Shown one piece after another: positions 11,751-24,302 of a stretch of DNA of 64,000 nt (position 1 is its first letter; each line of letters starts with the position of its first letter). The position numbers were made by a program, and so were the translations under genes. The DNA is taken from contig NC_085842.1 of the NCBI RefSeq assembly GCF_035594765.1, positions 277,249,749 to 277,313,748 on the forward strand, given 5' to 3'. The stretch comes from Anolis carolinensis. Lineage: Eukaryota. The notes beneath the pieces were generated by a model. It had not been told where the DNA came from. It did no database searches and worked only from the letters and a program-made list of their open reading frames with translations.

Positions 11751-14700
11751 ATACCACAAGAAAATACACTGTGTTAAATTCTGTAGGGGAAAACAGCAAA
11801 AAATAGTAAACCGAAACCTCTGAGAAGGGTGAGTAGGCATGGGAAACATGTGGCCCTATAGTTACTTTATCGTTGAACTCCATCCTGCATTTTCCATGAC
11901 CGCCGGCCATGTTTGCTAAGGCTCATGTGAGTTTTAGCCTAGCAGCTTCTGGAAGTCCACAAAGCCTCAATCTTGAAATGTAAACCACATTCTTTCAATA
12001 GCTCTGTAAGGTTTTGCTCATTTGTTGAGTCCAATGATCCTTTTGAAATCCTAGGAAAATGGTTTTTTATACTTAGGGCAATTATCAGGGAGACAAATTT
12101 GATAAATCGAGTAATTATCTCAGGGAAAGACGAGCTTTAAAGTAAAGCTCACTCCAAAACATGAGAATTCACATTTATGTAACACTGTGGATTCAGAGTT
12201 CATTGTGGCAGTGCCTTTAAAAAAAAGATGTAATGTTAAAATGTTCCTGTGTAGTTTTGCACTTTCCAAAACTTTTATTACACCTTAATTAAAATTTAAC
12301 AGAGCTGGCAAATGGCAGATAAACTTTCTGTCTGGGCTTGATTTAACCACCTGCTGATTATTCTATTTCAGATTTAAATGGAAAAGCAGGTTTGTCTGTT
12401 TCACTGAATGTTCAGATGCTTCTGAAACATAACTTCTCTTTTGGCAATTTTCTCCTCTCTCGTCCATGGTTAAGATGCGTGAATGCAGCTGAAGCAACCA
12501 TGCCATTTCTCCTTATTTTGTTACACTGTGCTGTATTGGTCATTGCACAGCAGGAAATGAACCTGCCATACAATTGCAGTAAAGTGGAACATCACCCAAG
12601 AGGGACATATTCTCCCTTCTGTAACCTGTTCACATTGAGGTCACTATGGTTTCGTTTGCCCTTAGCAATGTTGATACATAACCAGAACTGACTGACTTCA
12701 AGGTGATGTTATGTCATCATTAAATTTACTACTGTAGCCACTGAAACAGCACTAGGGAAAGAACACCCTTTAACCAGCTTACAGTAATCAAGGGGTTTGG
12801 GTTACTGGGATAATCAGTTTCTGGATACTGAATCCCTTAGATTGAAAATGAAATGATTAATGAAGAATATTTGGCACAATACAGTTCAAAGGCATGCTAA
12901 AGTTTTTTAAATTGTAAAAAAAAACCCTATCAGAATAAGTAGTTAAATCCTGGAACAGTCTGCTAAACTGGCACTCGTTGGGAAAAGGTTCAAAACGGGT
13001 AACTCAGTACATTATTAAACAATTATTTTCTAGAATATTTTATTTTAATTAAATGAGAAATGAGAGTGAGGAATTCAGTGAATTCCAGATAAGGTCCTTT
13101 GAAGCTGTTTGTGTACCATATCTTGAGTTCAGACTTAGGCATCTACACTGCAGAATTAATGCAGTCTGACACCACTTTAACTGCCATGATTCAGTGCTAT
13201 GGAATCATGAGAATTGTAGTTTGGGGTGGTACCAGTATTGTTTGGCAGAGAAGGCTACAGACTTTGTAAAGCTGTATTTATATAGGATATAGTAGTAACA
13301 TTCCTTTTTACTTTAAAACACTACTAAGACTTATGCTTAGTGTCATGAATAAGGTTGACTCTCCACATTTGCAGGTTTTCACTTTTATGGATATGATTGT
13401 ATACAAATCTGATTAATATGTTCTCATGAGGAATCTTGATCCCCCAATGTGAGTCTGTGTTCCACTTTCACCCAAATAGGCTTGTGCTGGAGGTATTCCT
13501 AGATATTCCTAGGGAGAACACTTCTCTAGGCATTTGTAGGCCCTCTAGATGGGTTTTATGTTCGCTTTCTGGTAGAAGCTGACTAAAGAACATTTTGATT
13601 TGCAGTTTTCTCTCTTTTTAGAAGGTCCTGGGCCCCTAAACCCAGTAAATGTGGAGAGCTAACTTTATTGTGAAAATGATGTGTTCATGAGAAGGGAGTC
13701 ATCATCTTCTTGCTTGCATGCAGAAGGTTTTGATCAAGAGAAGATTTTTGAAGGATGTTTTCATATGAACATAAGACAGTTAGCAGAACACAATATTGAT
13801 ACTGTTTTAAACTATAGTGCTGGTGTGCTGTACTTGAAAGGTTGCCTAAATCTTTATCACTAATTTTGAGCTTTAATTGACCAATTTATTGCTTAAATCT
13901 ACATATGTATACATCGGAATTTAGTTCTGCAATAAAAGCCTTGTTTGTTGTTAAATTACAGCAATACTCATGCAAAACCATGCATGGGAAGCTGTATTGT
14001 AAAAAAAAAACCCTCCCATTTTATGTGTGAGCAGAAAAAGTTTTGCCATAATTTACATAGTGCCACCCCCTGCTGCTTTTTAAAATCGTCTGTTCCGTTG
14101 GAACCATCAAAAGATTTTAAATCAATTTAATTTAATGTAACAACCCTAATTACAGTGGAGGTTTTTTTAAAAAAAAATACTTTCAAATATTCAGTCCTCT
14201 TCAGTAATGAAATGCTTTCTTACATCATCTCAAATGAGGAAATAAATGTTTTTCCCATATAAATTTGTGTAAATAGTATTCTGGATGTATAGCTTGTTGC
14301 TAATAAACCACACTTTCCTGTCCTTTTTCATCTAGTCTCAGAAATGTAAAAGATGATATCAGTTTGTCCTGTTGATATTCAGGCCTGTATTCTTTAAAAT
14401 AAACTTCCTAATAAGATTGTAGTTTTCTCCATTCCTGTTTGTTATCCTGTGAATACTTGGAGGATCAGCTGTGACAACCTATTTCTGTTCTTGCTGTCAG
14501 GGTGGTCTTAAGTGAGTGCTTGAAGCTTTGAAATATTTCTTTGTCTCAATGGTTGATGGGTCTGCACTATGACAGACATAGTGTCTATGTTTCAACCTTT
14601 TAAATATGGACTTAAGGACAATTTTTTAAAATATTATACCCTGCATAGTATTAGACTGCTTCTTGAATAATTTTGTATGGAGTGAATATAGTAGAAAAAT

Positions 14701-14872
14701 AGGTACTGGATTTTTGTCTGGGGTAAAGTGTTTGCAGAAAAGCCTTGTATTTAGCAGAATTTTAATCATTTGTGTGTGAGAGAGATGAATAATTTCTGTT
14801 GGTAACTTATGTGGGTCTGTGTTTTCCATATAATAAAGATAAAGCATGTCTATATTTCTGTTTGATTTTTAG

Positions 14873-14992
14873 CTCTTCCTTTTTGTGACTTGGAATTTTG
14901 AGCTCTACATGATTCCTCTGACCTTATTGCTACTGCTGGCATGGAATTACTTCCTGATCGTATCAGGGAAAGATAACAGGCAACATGATACA
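14873..14992 (+). CDS. MCTP1: MCTP1 internal coding exon (first hydrophobic membrane segment)
   Basis: ttttag acceptor and gtaagt donor; 120 bp, phase 0/0; translates LFLFVTWNFELYMIPLTLLLLLAWNYFLIVSGKDNRQHDT, which I recognise as vertebrate MCTP1. Confidence 0.95.
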
Positions 14993-15568
14993 GTAAGTCT
15001 CTTTAAAAAGTGTATGGGTGTTGGGGAACATTTACGGATATTGTCTTTACAGAGATGAAACTTCAAATAATGAATGTAAGCCTGTTTCCATACTGCTTCT
15101 CCCTGCAGAAGACCTCTTGGGTTCAAACAGCTTTCCTGCTTCTCCTTGCTGAAGTAAGTGAATGTTCAGTCAGGAATATCCATCAGGAGTATCTCATGGC
15201 TTTGAATACTTTGTCAAGAAGGGACCTGGAAGAAGAATAACCATTTTCAAAATCCCAAAGAGATGTGAAAAACACTTTTCTGCTGAGTTTACCATGATAA
15301 ACTTTGGAGCAGCAATGAAAAAACATCTTTCTTATGAAAAAAAACAGCCTTATTTGTATATGAACAGGAAGAACTTGAGGCAAAATCTGTTGGCCCAGCA
15401 GCATGAGTTCACAGAAACAATATTTGAGTCGACACTATTAAAAATATGATGTTCTAGAAATAGAAAGGAGGAACTGTAAGTCATGAAAATATCTTACAAA
15501 TTTTTAAGTACATGAAATATCAAATAAATACAAAAATCTTTATGCATTACAGTTACCTCTCCACATGG

Positions 15569-15640
15569 CAGGCATGGGCAAACTTTGGCCCTCCAGGTGT
15601 TTTGGACTTCAACTCCTACAATTTCTAACAGCCGGTAGGA
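15569..15640. mobile_element. half copy of the hAT-type MITE at 5075
   Basis: caggcatgggcaaactttggccctccaggtgttttggacttcaactc, no right TIR. Confidence 0.75.
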
Positions 15641-16472
15641 AAAAGTGGGAAAACTGCAAATAAAATAACCCACTTTTTTTTAACCTGAAAGAATACTTTT
15701 CTAGGAACTTTTAGGGACTCCAACGCAATTCTGTGGGCAAACTCTAGTGGAAGTTGACCAACGAGTCATGCTAGAAGATCTGGAGATTCCTAGACAGAAC
15801 ACAGTAATGAAATCCGGGAATAATCAGTTCTGGAAAAGGAAAACCTGCAAATGTGGAGGCTCCACTATACATTTTTAATAGATGTATAATACAAAAGGAC
15901 ATAGATTTAATTATATAGTAATGAACAGTGTGATAACTGAACATTGATGTCTATGGCAGAAAGTCTTCAGCCCAAATTGTTGAGTGTCCATGACTTTATG
16001 TACAGATTATCCTTCCATTGAGGAGGTGCAGCTTCCTCACATACATAGAATTGAGAAACAAGACTTCACACTACAATTATAGTGCTACATTTGACTTTAA
16101 CTGACAGCAATATTCCATGGAATTCTTAGAAATGAAGATCAGGAAGTAGGATTAAAAATTGCTATCCAGACAGTTCTGCTGCCTCTCAAAACTACAAACT
16201 CCAGGATTCCTAGTGCTGGAAACGGTTTCCAGATATAAAGTTAAACTTTACACTAGGGTTAAGATAGTTCAGATTAACTGCCTTAGTATCCAGAGAGCCA
16301 GTGTGGTGTCGTGGTTTGAGTGTTGGACTACAACTCTGAAGATAGGGTTTGAATTCCTACTCATCACATTAATTGTGGCATCTAATGGTTCTTCGGTTAC
16401 CTTGAATACTATCGATAAAATAGTTCTAACTCAAATTTATAATGACTGCTCAATTGAATTCATTTTAATTAT

Positions 16473-17768
16473 AATGCTCTCTGGATCATCCTCTTGAAAA
16501 TCGGATGCTCTGATACATTTGAGAACATGCTGCAGTTCCTGCACAATGACATGACAGCAACAGTCTTGGACTATAATGACTCCTAAAGTAACCCATTTAA
16601 AATTGGATCAGGTGTCAAGCAGGAATGCATTATTTCCTTAATCTTATTTTCTCTCTTCATTGCTATGATTCTATACATTGTTGACATGGAGTTTCCCATC
16701 AGTCTGGAAATCCTATTTTGGGCAGGTAGCAAGCTCTTTAACCTCAGCAGGCTGAAAGCTAAAAATAAGGTAACAACAACTTCTGTTATAGAACTTCAGT
16801 ATGCTGATGATAACATATTCTGCGCTCATTCAGAGGAAAACCTACAAGCCACTTTAAATACCTTTGCAGAAGCACATGAAAAGCTTGGCCTTTCACTTAA
16901 TATCGGGAAAAAACAAATACTCTAACAGCAGCCACAGAAAAACCTCTCTGCAATGCCAACAATACCCCTTAATGGTGTAATGCTAGAAAATATTGACCAT
17001 TTCCACAACCTTGGCAGACAACCTGTTCACAAAAATTGGCATTGATACCAAAATACAACACTATCTCAGCTCTGAGAGTGCAGAAATGTTTGAATGAGGA
17101 AGAAAGTGTTTTTGAGGATACCAAGATGCTCGTAGAAATTCCAAGATGCTTGTTTGTAAATCTGTATTGTCCTTCAAACTCTATTTTACACCTGCAAAAT
17201 ATGAACCATCTACAATGTCACTCAACTTCTGGAAAGATTCCATCAGCATCGCCTTCAAGAAATCCTGCAAATCTCTTGGGAAGACAGGTGTGCAAAAATC
17301 AGTTTTCTGGAAGAAGGCCACCAGCATTGAAACGACGACTCTCCACCATCAACTTGGCTGGACTGGCCATGTTGTCCAAATGCCTGATCACTGTCTCCCA
17401 AAGCAGTTATTTTATTCTCAACTTAAAAATGGAAAAGAGAATGTCAGTTGACAACAAAAGAGATTTAAAGATGGATTTAAAGCTAACCTTTTAAAATGTG
17501 GTATAAACACCAAGAACTGGGAAGCCCTAGCACTCAAGCGTTGTCACTGAAGGTCAGCTGTTACATGGATTTTGAAGAGGCACAAATAGAAGACAAAAAG
17601 GAGAGGAAACCATATCAAGCAAACTCTTGTCATCACCACCCTCCATCTAGAAATCTATGTTCTCATCGTGAAAGACCATGTGGATCCAGAATAGGTTTTC
17701 ATAGTAACGTAGGGACCCACCACCAAGACTACCTTTGGAAGACAGTCATACTTGACCCATGATGATGA
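16473..17768 (+). mobile_element. degraded RTE-clade (Bov-B-like) LINE, RT and 3' end
   Basis: GVKQ motif at about 16610, ELQYADD...GLSLNI, WTGHVVQMPDHCLPKQLFY; frameshifts and stops; (tga)n tail. Confidence 0.88.
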
Positions 17769-20700
17769 ATTTTATTCACCCTGCCATAACATTTCCAAAC
17801 AATATTACAAACACGGTATATTGCTAATGTCATTTGTTCATAAACAGTAGCTAAGAGAGAATCATTTTGTGTTTCAAGGGCTTTTGCATGGCATAGGTAT
17901 GGCATTGTGCTAAAAGTCACATACTAAATAAGGTGTGAGTCAGGTAGCTACATCACATTGTTTAAACAACCTGGTCCTGCATGTGTTCCATGCACAGCTG
18001 TGTGCATTTAACGTGAGGCTGGTTATGAGCAATACTGGATTACTACCATTCTGTAAAAGATGGATATTGTGTCTCAGTTACGCCATTTAAAGAAATTTTT
18101 TTCCACCACAGTTCTTTGTGAGTGAAGCAGATGCCTTGTTGTGGAAATGACCACATAGACAGAGATATTCGGTTTATTGACTGGGGAGAATCTTCAGCTT
18201 GACCTAAAGTGCTTTCAAGTGACCTGAGTGGTTTTATACATCCTCTCCAGTCCATACACATTCAATAATTTTATGTTATAATTACATATAAGCACAATAA
18301 ATCAGCTGACACGCAAACACATATTGTGGTAAGATTGTACAGAGACAAGAAGGAGGAAATGTAAATCAATTCCAGATTCTGTACAAATTCCTTGGTATCC
18401 CTAGAGTAGGAGCATTGGCTTTGGATTTAGTTCTGTCCCTGTAATTGTAGAAAAAATGATTTCTTGGCACAGTTTCTTATTAATTATAATCAAAATACAA
18501 ATACATGCAAATCTCTTAAAGAAAACATTAGCTATAGGTATGTTTCATCAAAGCGTGTTCATTGTAGGTATGATCTAGGCATAGCACAGCAAGTATTAAG
18601 CCCTATGATTCTTTGAAGTTACTATGTTACTGTAATTCTATCTAATAGGTATCTAACTTGGGGAAAAGCCCTACAACTTTATACCATAATAAAAGTGGTG
18701 TCATACAGAGAAACCATGCAGGTTTGTGTAGAGATGCATGATAGTCTGGAGTACTCAATCTGGAGGTGACACTTATCTGTAGTGGAGTTTATTTAGAGAG
18801 TTTCTGTGAGTCCCAGTGGATAAAGTTGCATGCATTAGCATATTTCCATGTCTATAAATTTGCTTCTTCACATGCAACGGCTAATTTGAATTTCAGTCAT
18901 GCACACAATTTACATATTTAAGAGTATCATTGATCTAATGATACTCAACTAAGATGTCAACTGCCTTCCATTATAATTGGAATGACATGGGCTCTAGAAT
19001 TTAAGGTTCAAATGTCTCCCTAGTTTCCTTTCTGTGGTATGTGGCTCAGCATTGTTGCTTCAGCCATCTGGAGCTATTTTGTTGTGTTGGCAGCTTTTCT
19101 GCTCTCTTTCTGTCATGCTGTGGTTTAGTTTGAATAGGGTTAGTAGGTTGACTTTCCAGTCTTTTCCCCCCTAAATGGGTAGGGTTGGACACAGAGCTCT
19201 CCAAACAGAAGATCTTTGCATGAAACAGAGAGAAGGCTCATCAGGGAACAAGGAAAGCACTGGCAATGAGTGCCAGATAGACAGCCTGATTGTACTACAC
19301 AGCAAAAATGACAAATCCCTGTAGGCAGGCAGAGGAGAGAGAAGTCTGGGAAGAAGTAGGTAGAAATTTTAATTGTAGGGCATATAGGCAGGGGGGAATT
19401 TAGCCTTGTGTAAAGATTATAACTCTAGGAGAGTAACTTGTAGTTCATCAAAGGACAAGCCATTCTTGTCCTTGCATTCCCACTTGGCTAAATGACTGCT
19501 GGAGCCAGTAGTTCCCTGTAGCTAACAGTAAATAAACTGGATAAAATTCCAATACCTTCCAAATAAATAAGTACATTGACCCCAGTCAAGCTGCTAATTA
19601 CAGCTAGAGTAAATCAGCCGAATCAATGGGATTTACACAAATGTAGATTCGCTATTCAGTGGTTGAGTAATGTACCTATTTTGTTTAAGACTAGTAATTG
19701 GATTAAGGCCATGATTTAAATGTCAAAAATATATTAAAATCCATGTACAATTGTGATAATTCCACAATAATGTGTGGATGGAAATTTATCTCCATAGACA
19801 TCTACATAGTTTATCTTTGCTTGTATTATTTGCTGCATTTGGTATATTTTGCTGCTTCTAATTTGGAAGGTGCAAATTATGCACAACCAAACATTCTCAT
19901 GCCATTAATTGTGGTTCACTTTTAAAAAATATATTCTTTGAAAAATGCAAATGCTCTTGAGCTAGTTGTACAATGTACAACCAAACAGTAAGGATAGTGA
20001 AGTAATTAATGTGCAGAGTATGAGGCCCTTTTACGTGTGCTCTTAAGTGTCATTTGTATTAGTAGAATAATCATGGATCAGCACCAGGAATCAGATTTTT
20101 TCAATATCTTCCAATGTTATGTGGCATATATACCTGTGACAAGTGACATTACAGAAGGTCATGTCACTTTTAACTGCTTGCTTTCAAGCGTTCTGATTTC
20201 CCTTGTGCTTTTCCTTGGTTTGATTAATACTTCTTGATTTCATGCTAGGTTATGGACAGTAAAATACAAAGAACAATTTTAAAGCAAATTTAAATAGTTT
20301 TCTTCTTTAAACTTTCAGTAAAATACTTTTCCCCCTAGAAACAGATTTTATGCCATCCAGTACTTCCAAAATGCTAAGGATGGCTAGCTGTGCTTGTAAA
20401 ATAAATCCAAAAAAAGTAAATTACCAAAGACTAAAATGTATTGTTCAAATGTCAGTGTTGAGGCCACCCACTGACATGTGACTATCTTACTTACATATGA
20501 ATAGAAGCACAGAATTGAAGAAATCTTGTGTCTTATGTCCAAAAATAGTTTTTAGTTAACTGTGTACTAAAATAATGTTTCCTAAACTAGATGTTCCAGT
20601 TGACTCCCTGAGTCCTGATGAAAATTCAAAAACAGGTTTCTTATAGCAAGAATCCTATTATCTGTCAAACCAAGACTTTTCTCAAAAAACAACTCATGCT

Positions 20701-21171
20701 GCTATTTAGGAATAAAGCTAACATAGAGAGATTATCTTTACCTTTTCATTTTAGCTTTTGTTAAAAGTGGGATAAAAATATTGAATGATGTTGGTCTGCC
20801 TACTCCAACAATTATTTTCAAAGTGCAAGAACACCAGATGAACATTCAAAGCAAGCATGCTTTTCACTTGTAATGACTGGTTTGGGAATGGAATATGTTT
20901 AGAGATACAAAGACAGAAAAATATTTTTTATCAACTGCCTCCTTATTTTCAGTGTTTTGTGTAGAAAACTGTCTTTTTCACATCAGAAAGCAATGTTTTC
21001 TGCACAAAAATATTTATTTTGAGTTCTTCACAAAACGTTCCAAAATGCACAAAAATCATCAAAAAACAAACAAAACTATTTCACAGCAGTTGGCAATCTT
21101 TCCAGCAGAATGTCTTTTTATTTCACGGTACACAATCTCACCATGAACTAAAAAACAACAAATATGGCCTG

Positions 21172-21979
21172 TGTAATGGATTTTGGCTACCTTACAAGGT
21201 TGGTGGGTGGCCCACCTTTCAGGACTGGTGTGTGGCCATTTTGCGGGCCTTGCTTACAGAAGCTCAGCAGAGGAAAGGGGAGGAGCAGTCAAGCAGCCAC
21301 TATAATAAGTGCAGTCTGATTGGCTGAATGGAAATGAGAAGTTGCTTAGCAACTCGAGATGGGCGGAGCCAAAGTGACAGTTGGAGCCAGGGAATTCTTT
21401 TTCAGTTGAAGTTTAGTATTCAGGCAGTTAGCAGTTGGTTTTGGAAAATCATTCTGTTAGGAGTTGGTTTTTGGAATTAAGTTAGTTGGGAACTATGTTT
21501 TGAAAAGGAAGCCTCTTTGAGGAAATAGAGTCTTCAGGAAGGGAAGGGCTAAGAGCTATACTGTGAAATCTAGAGAGTTGCTGTTTAAATCTGAGGAAAA
21601 ATGGATTTAAAAGTAAATTGTCCTGATTGTGTTTCCTTGGTGAAGGAACATATTTACAAAGAAATCAAGTTATACGAGCATCCTTTGAAGAGAAAAGCAT
21701 AAGCCTTTAATGAAACCGTTAAGCATCTTTACTGTTCAATGTTAATGAAACCATCACACATGTTTACTGTTCAAACTACAAATAAACAACCATTTCTTGT
21801 TTCTCCTCACATAAAGTGTCATGTGTGTCTCTCTCAATATCCCAACCTAGAAGAGGCTCCTGAATAAAGCATTGGTGGCACCATTGATCGAGGTAGCAAC
21901 TTCAAATCCTCTACATATTTGGTGGCAACAGAAATAGAAACCTCTGCAATTCTGGCAATTTGAAAAATCCTCTGTTACA
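21172..21979 (+). mobile_element. probable solo LTR (808 bp)
   Basis: TGTAA...TTACA termini, promoter motif cluster at 21319-21368, AATAAA at 21781 and 21863; no clean TSD. Confidence 0.65.
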
Positions 21980-22229
21980 TGCTTTTGAATCCCCCCCCCC
22001 CCCCAATTCTCCATAGCATCTCTATCATAGTTAATGTTAATTCCACTTACTGACTTCAAGAACAAGATAAACAGTAATTAAATGGAAACGGGAGCTTCCA
22101 AATTCTACCTAGCTCCCTGGGAGAAACAGCATGGAGATGAAAGTGAGCTCCGGCACTTAGAGAGTGCTGTAACCCATTCTTGTCAGAATAAGATGCAACA
22201 TGCTGAACAAAATTATGATAGCTGTTGTT

Positions 22230-22335
22230 TTATATGTATATGTTCATGTTGTAAGCCGCCCTGAGTCCCCTGAGGGGTGAGAAGGGGGGTAGAAATGATG
22301 TAATAAATAAATAAATAAACAAACAAACAAATAAA
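22230..22335 (+). mobile_element. L2-type 3' tail fragment
   Basis: tgtaagccgccctgagtcccc...gtagaaat followed by (aaat)n(aaac)n. Confidence 0.75.
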
Positions 22336-23071
22336 TTTTGTTGACTGGACTTTAAAATGTTAGAAGTAATAGATGGGCTGTTTGTATCTTTTTTGATCAA
22401 TAAGCCTCTCATTCTATGCTTATTCTCTATGTATATGTGTGTGTCCTTTGTTCATTTAGGAAAAAGACAGTGGCTTTCCAGAAACACACATCTGGTGCCA
22501 AATACAGAAACTTTGATGAAAAATAAAAGATTAATTGTCTCATTATTGCACAAAAGACAAGAATTATCGCATTGGTTGTTGAATTCTCAGGGGGGTATCT
22601 CAGTGCATTGTGAAATTATGTGAGATTTGGATCAAATGCAAATTGTGTCCTGATAGGTGAGGATCATAACCTGCCAAGAGTACAGAAAAATCTGCTATGT
22701 TTCAAATTAATATCGTCTCTTCTCCATGGAGTAGTTGATTTTGTATACCTAAACCAATGACCTAGACTATTTTTTGGTTTTTGTTCTTTTAACATATACA
22801 ATCATGCTAGTGCATACAACAAGGATGGGGAACCTTGCCAATCCTGCTTCCATCATTCCCAGTCATTATGACCTTTTGGGTGGTCAGGATTCATAGGCCT
22901 TGCTGTGTTGACTTTACTTGTTCTCTGAAATGCTGGCTGATATGTGTGGAGATTGTTTCTGAAAAGTACCAAATTCACCTGAACAAATTTTACAGGAGTC
23001 CAGAAAAAAACATGCTGAAGATATGCATTCTTTTGCTATAAAATAAAAATTTCTAAGCTCTGTACTGAAGG

Positions 23072-23325
23072 TTTTTTTTTTTCCGTGTCAGGAGTGACTT
23101 GAGAAACTGGTGTGAAAAAATTGGCCATCTGCAAGGATGTTGTCCAGGGGACACCTAGATGTGTGATATTTTACAATCCTTATGGGAGGCTTCTCTCATG
23201 TCCCTGCATAGGGAGCTGGAGCTGACAGAGGGAGCTCACCCGCTCTCCCCAGATTTGAACAACTGACCTGTTGGTCAGCCGTCCTACTGGCACAAGGGTT
23301 TAACTAATTGTACCACTGGGGGCTG
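23072..23325 (-). mobile_element. tRNA-derived SINE with a Sauria-like head and a different tail
   Basis: minus-strand head resembles the Sauria SINE head; ends ...ctcctgacacgg-poly(A). Confidence 0.8.
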
Positions 23326-23408
23326 CCAAAGTGATTTGACACATTTTAATAGTTTTGATCTATATATAATATTTTACTCCTAGCAAACAATATGCTACCA
23401 AGTGTAAC

Positions 23409-23409
<1 letters not shown>

Positions 23410-23498
<89 letters not shown>
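23410..23498. repeat. compound (CA)n(TA)n(GA)n microsatellite
   Basis: directly visible. Confidence 0.97.
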
Positions 23499-24248
23499 GA
23501 TATAAACTCCACATATATATCCTGCAGTCCAGTTATATATATTTAAACACCATAGATCTCCCTCATTGTAAATCCATTCTCAACATAAGAGAGAACTTCC
23601 ATATTACAGCATTCTTTTTTGTGACACTGTTTATTCTTTGAAATGTTTGCTGATATATATCAAGCAACCCAGTTATTATATATATAAATGCTTGTTTCTA
23701 TCCTCCCTTCCCTTTTTGAGGAAGTTCTCTAACAACTGTAAAGTAGTCAGTGGGATAGTTTACATATTTTCATCACTGAAAAGAAACAAATACTTCAATA
23801 TGGTAAAAGTAGGACAATGTCATCTTTACTTCTAATCAGGAAGCCACTTCATATTGCTGCCTCAGAATGTTGTAGAAAAAATGTTTTTCTGTTCCAGTGA
23901 CTTATATGAATGTGTGTATATAGACAAACACTTCTCCCTCAATCTTGGATTCATTTGTGAATGGCCAACTAGTGAGGTTGTGGTTTCGTCAATAAGACTT
24001 TTTGTCTCATGGATTATTATTTTTAACTACCTTGCTGATCTCATTCATAATTGGTACAGAATACTATGAAGAAAGGAGATTACCAAATTTTATTTCTTGG
24101 ATTTGAAGCTTGAGGTCAAAAACATAGATTACAGATTTCTCTTTTGTGTTTGAAAAAGTGCTAAACTTACAGAAAGCTTAAATGATTTGGCAGAACAAAA
24201 TGCTTCTTTGTTGACTCATGACAACTGCTGTGGGCTTTTTTTCTGCAG

Positions 24249-24302
24249 GTAGTGGAGGACATGCTAGAGGACGAGGAAGAAGAGGATGACAGAGATGACA
24301 AG
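24249..24302 (+). CDS. MCTP1: MCTP1 internal coding exon (acidic linker)
   Basis: ttttctgcag acceptor and gtaatt donor; 54 bp, phase 0/0; VVEDMLEDEEEEDDRDDK joins in frame to both neighbours. Confidence 0.95.

Noticed and set aside
1-14872. Further upstream MCTP1 exons
   Set aside because: I found no splice-flanked segment encoding the expected preceding MCTP1 peptide; it probably lies before the window, though a manual scan could miss it
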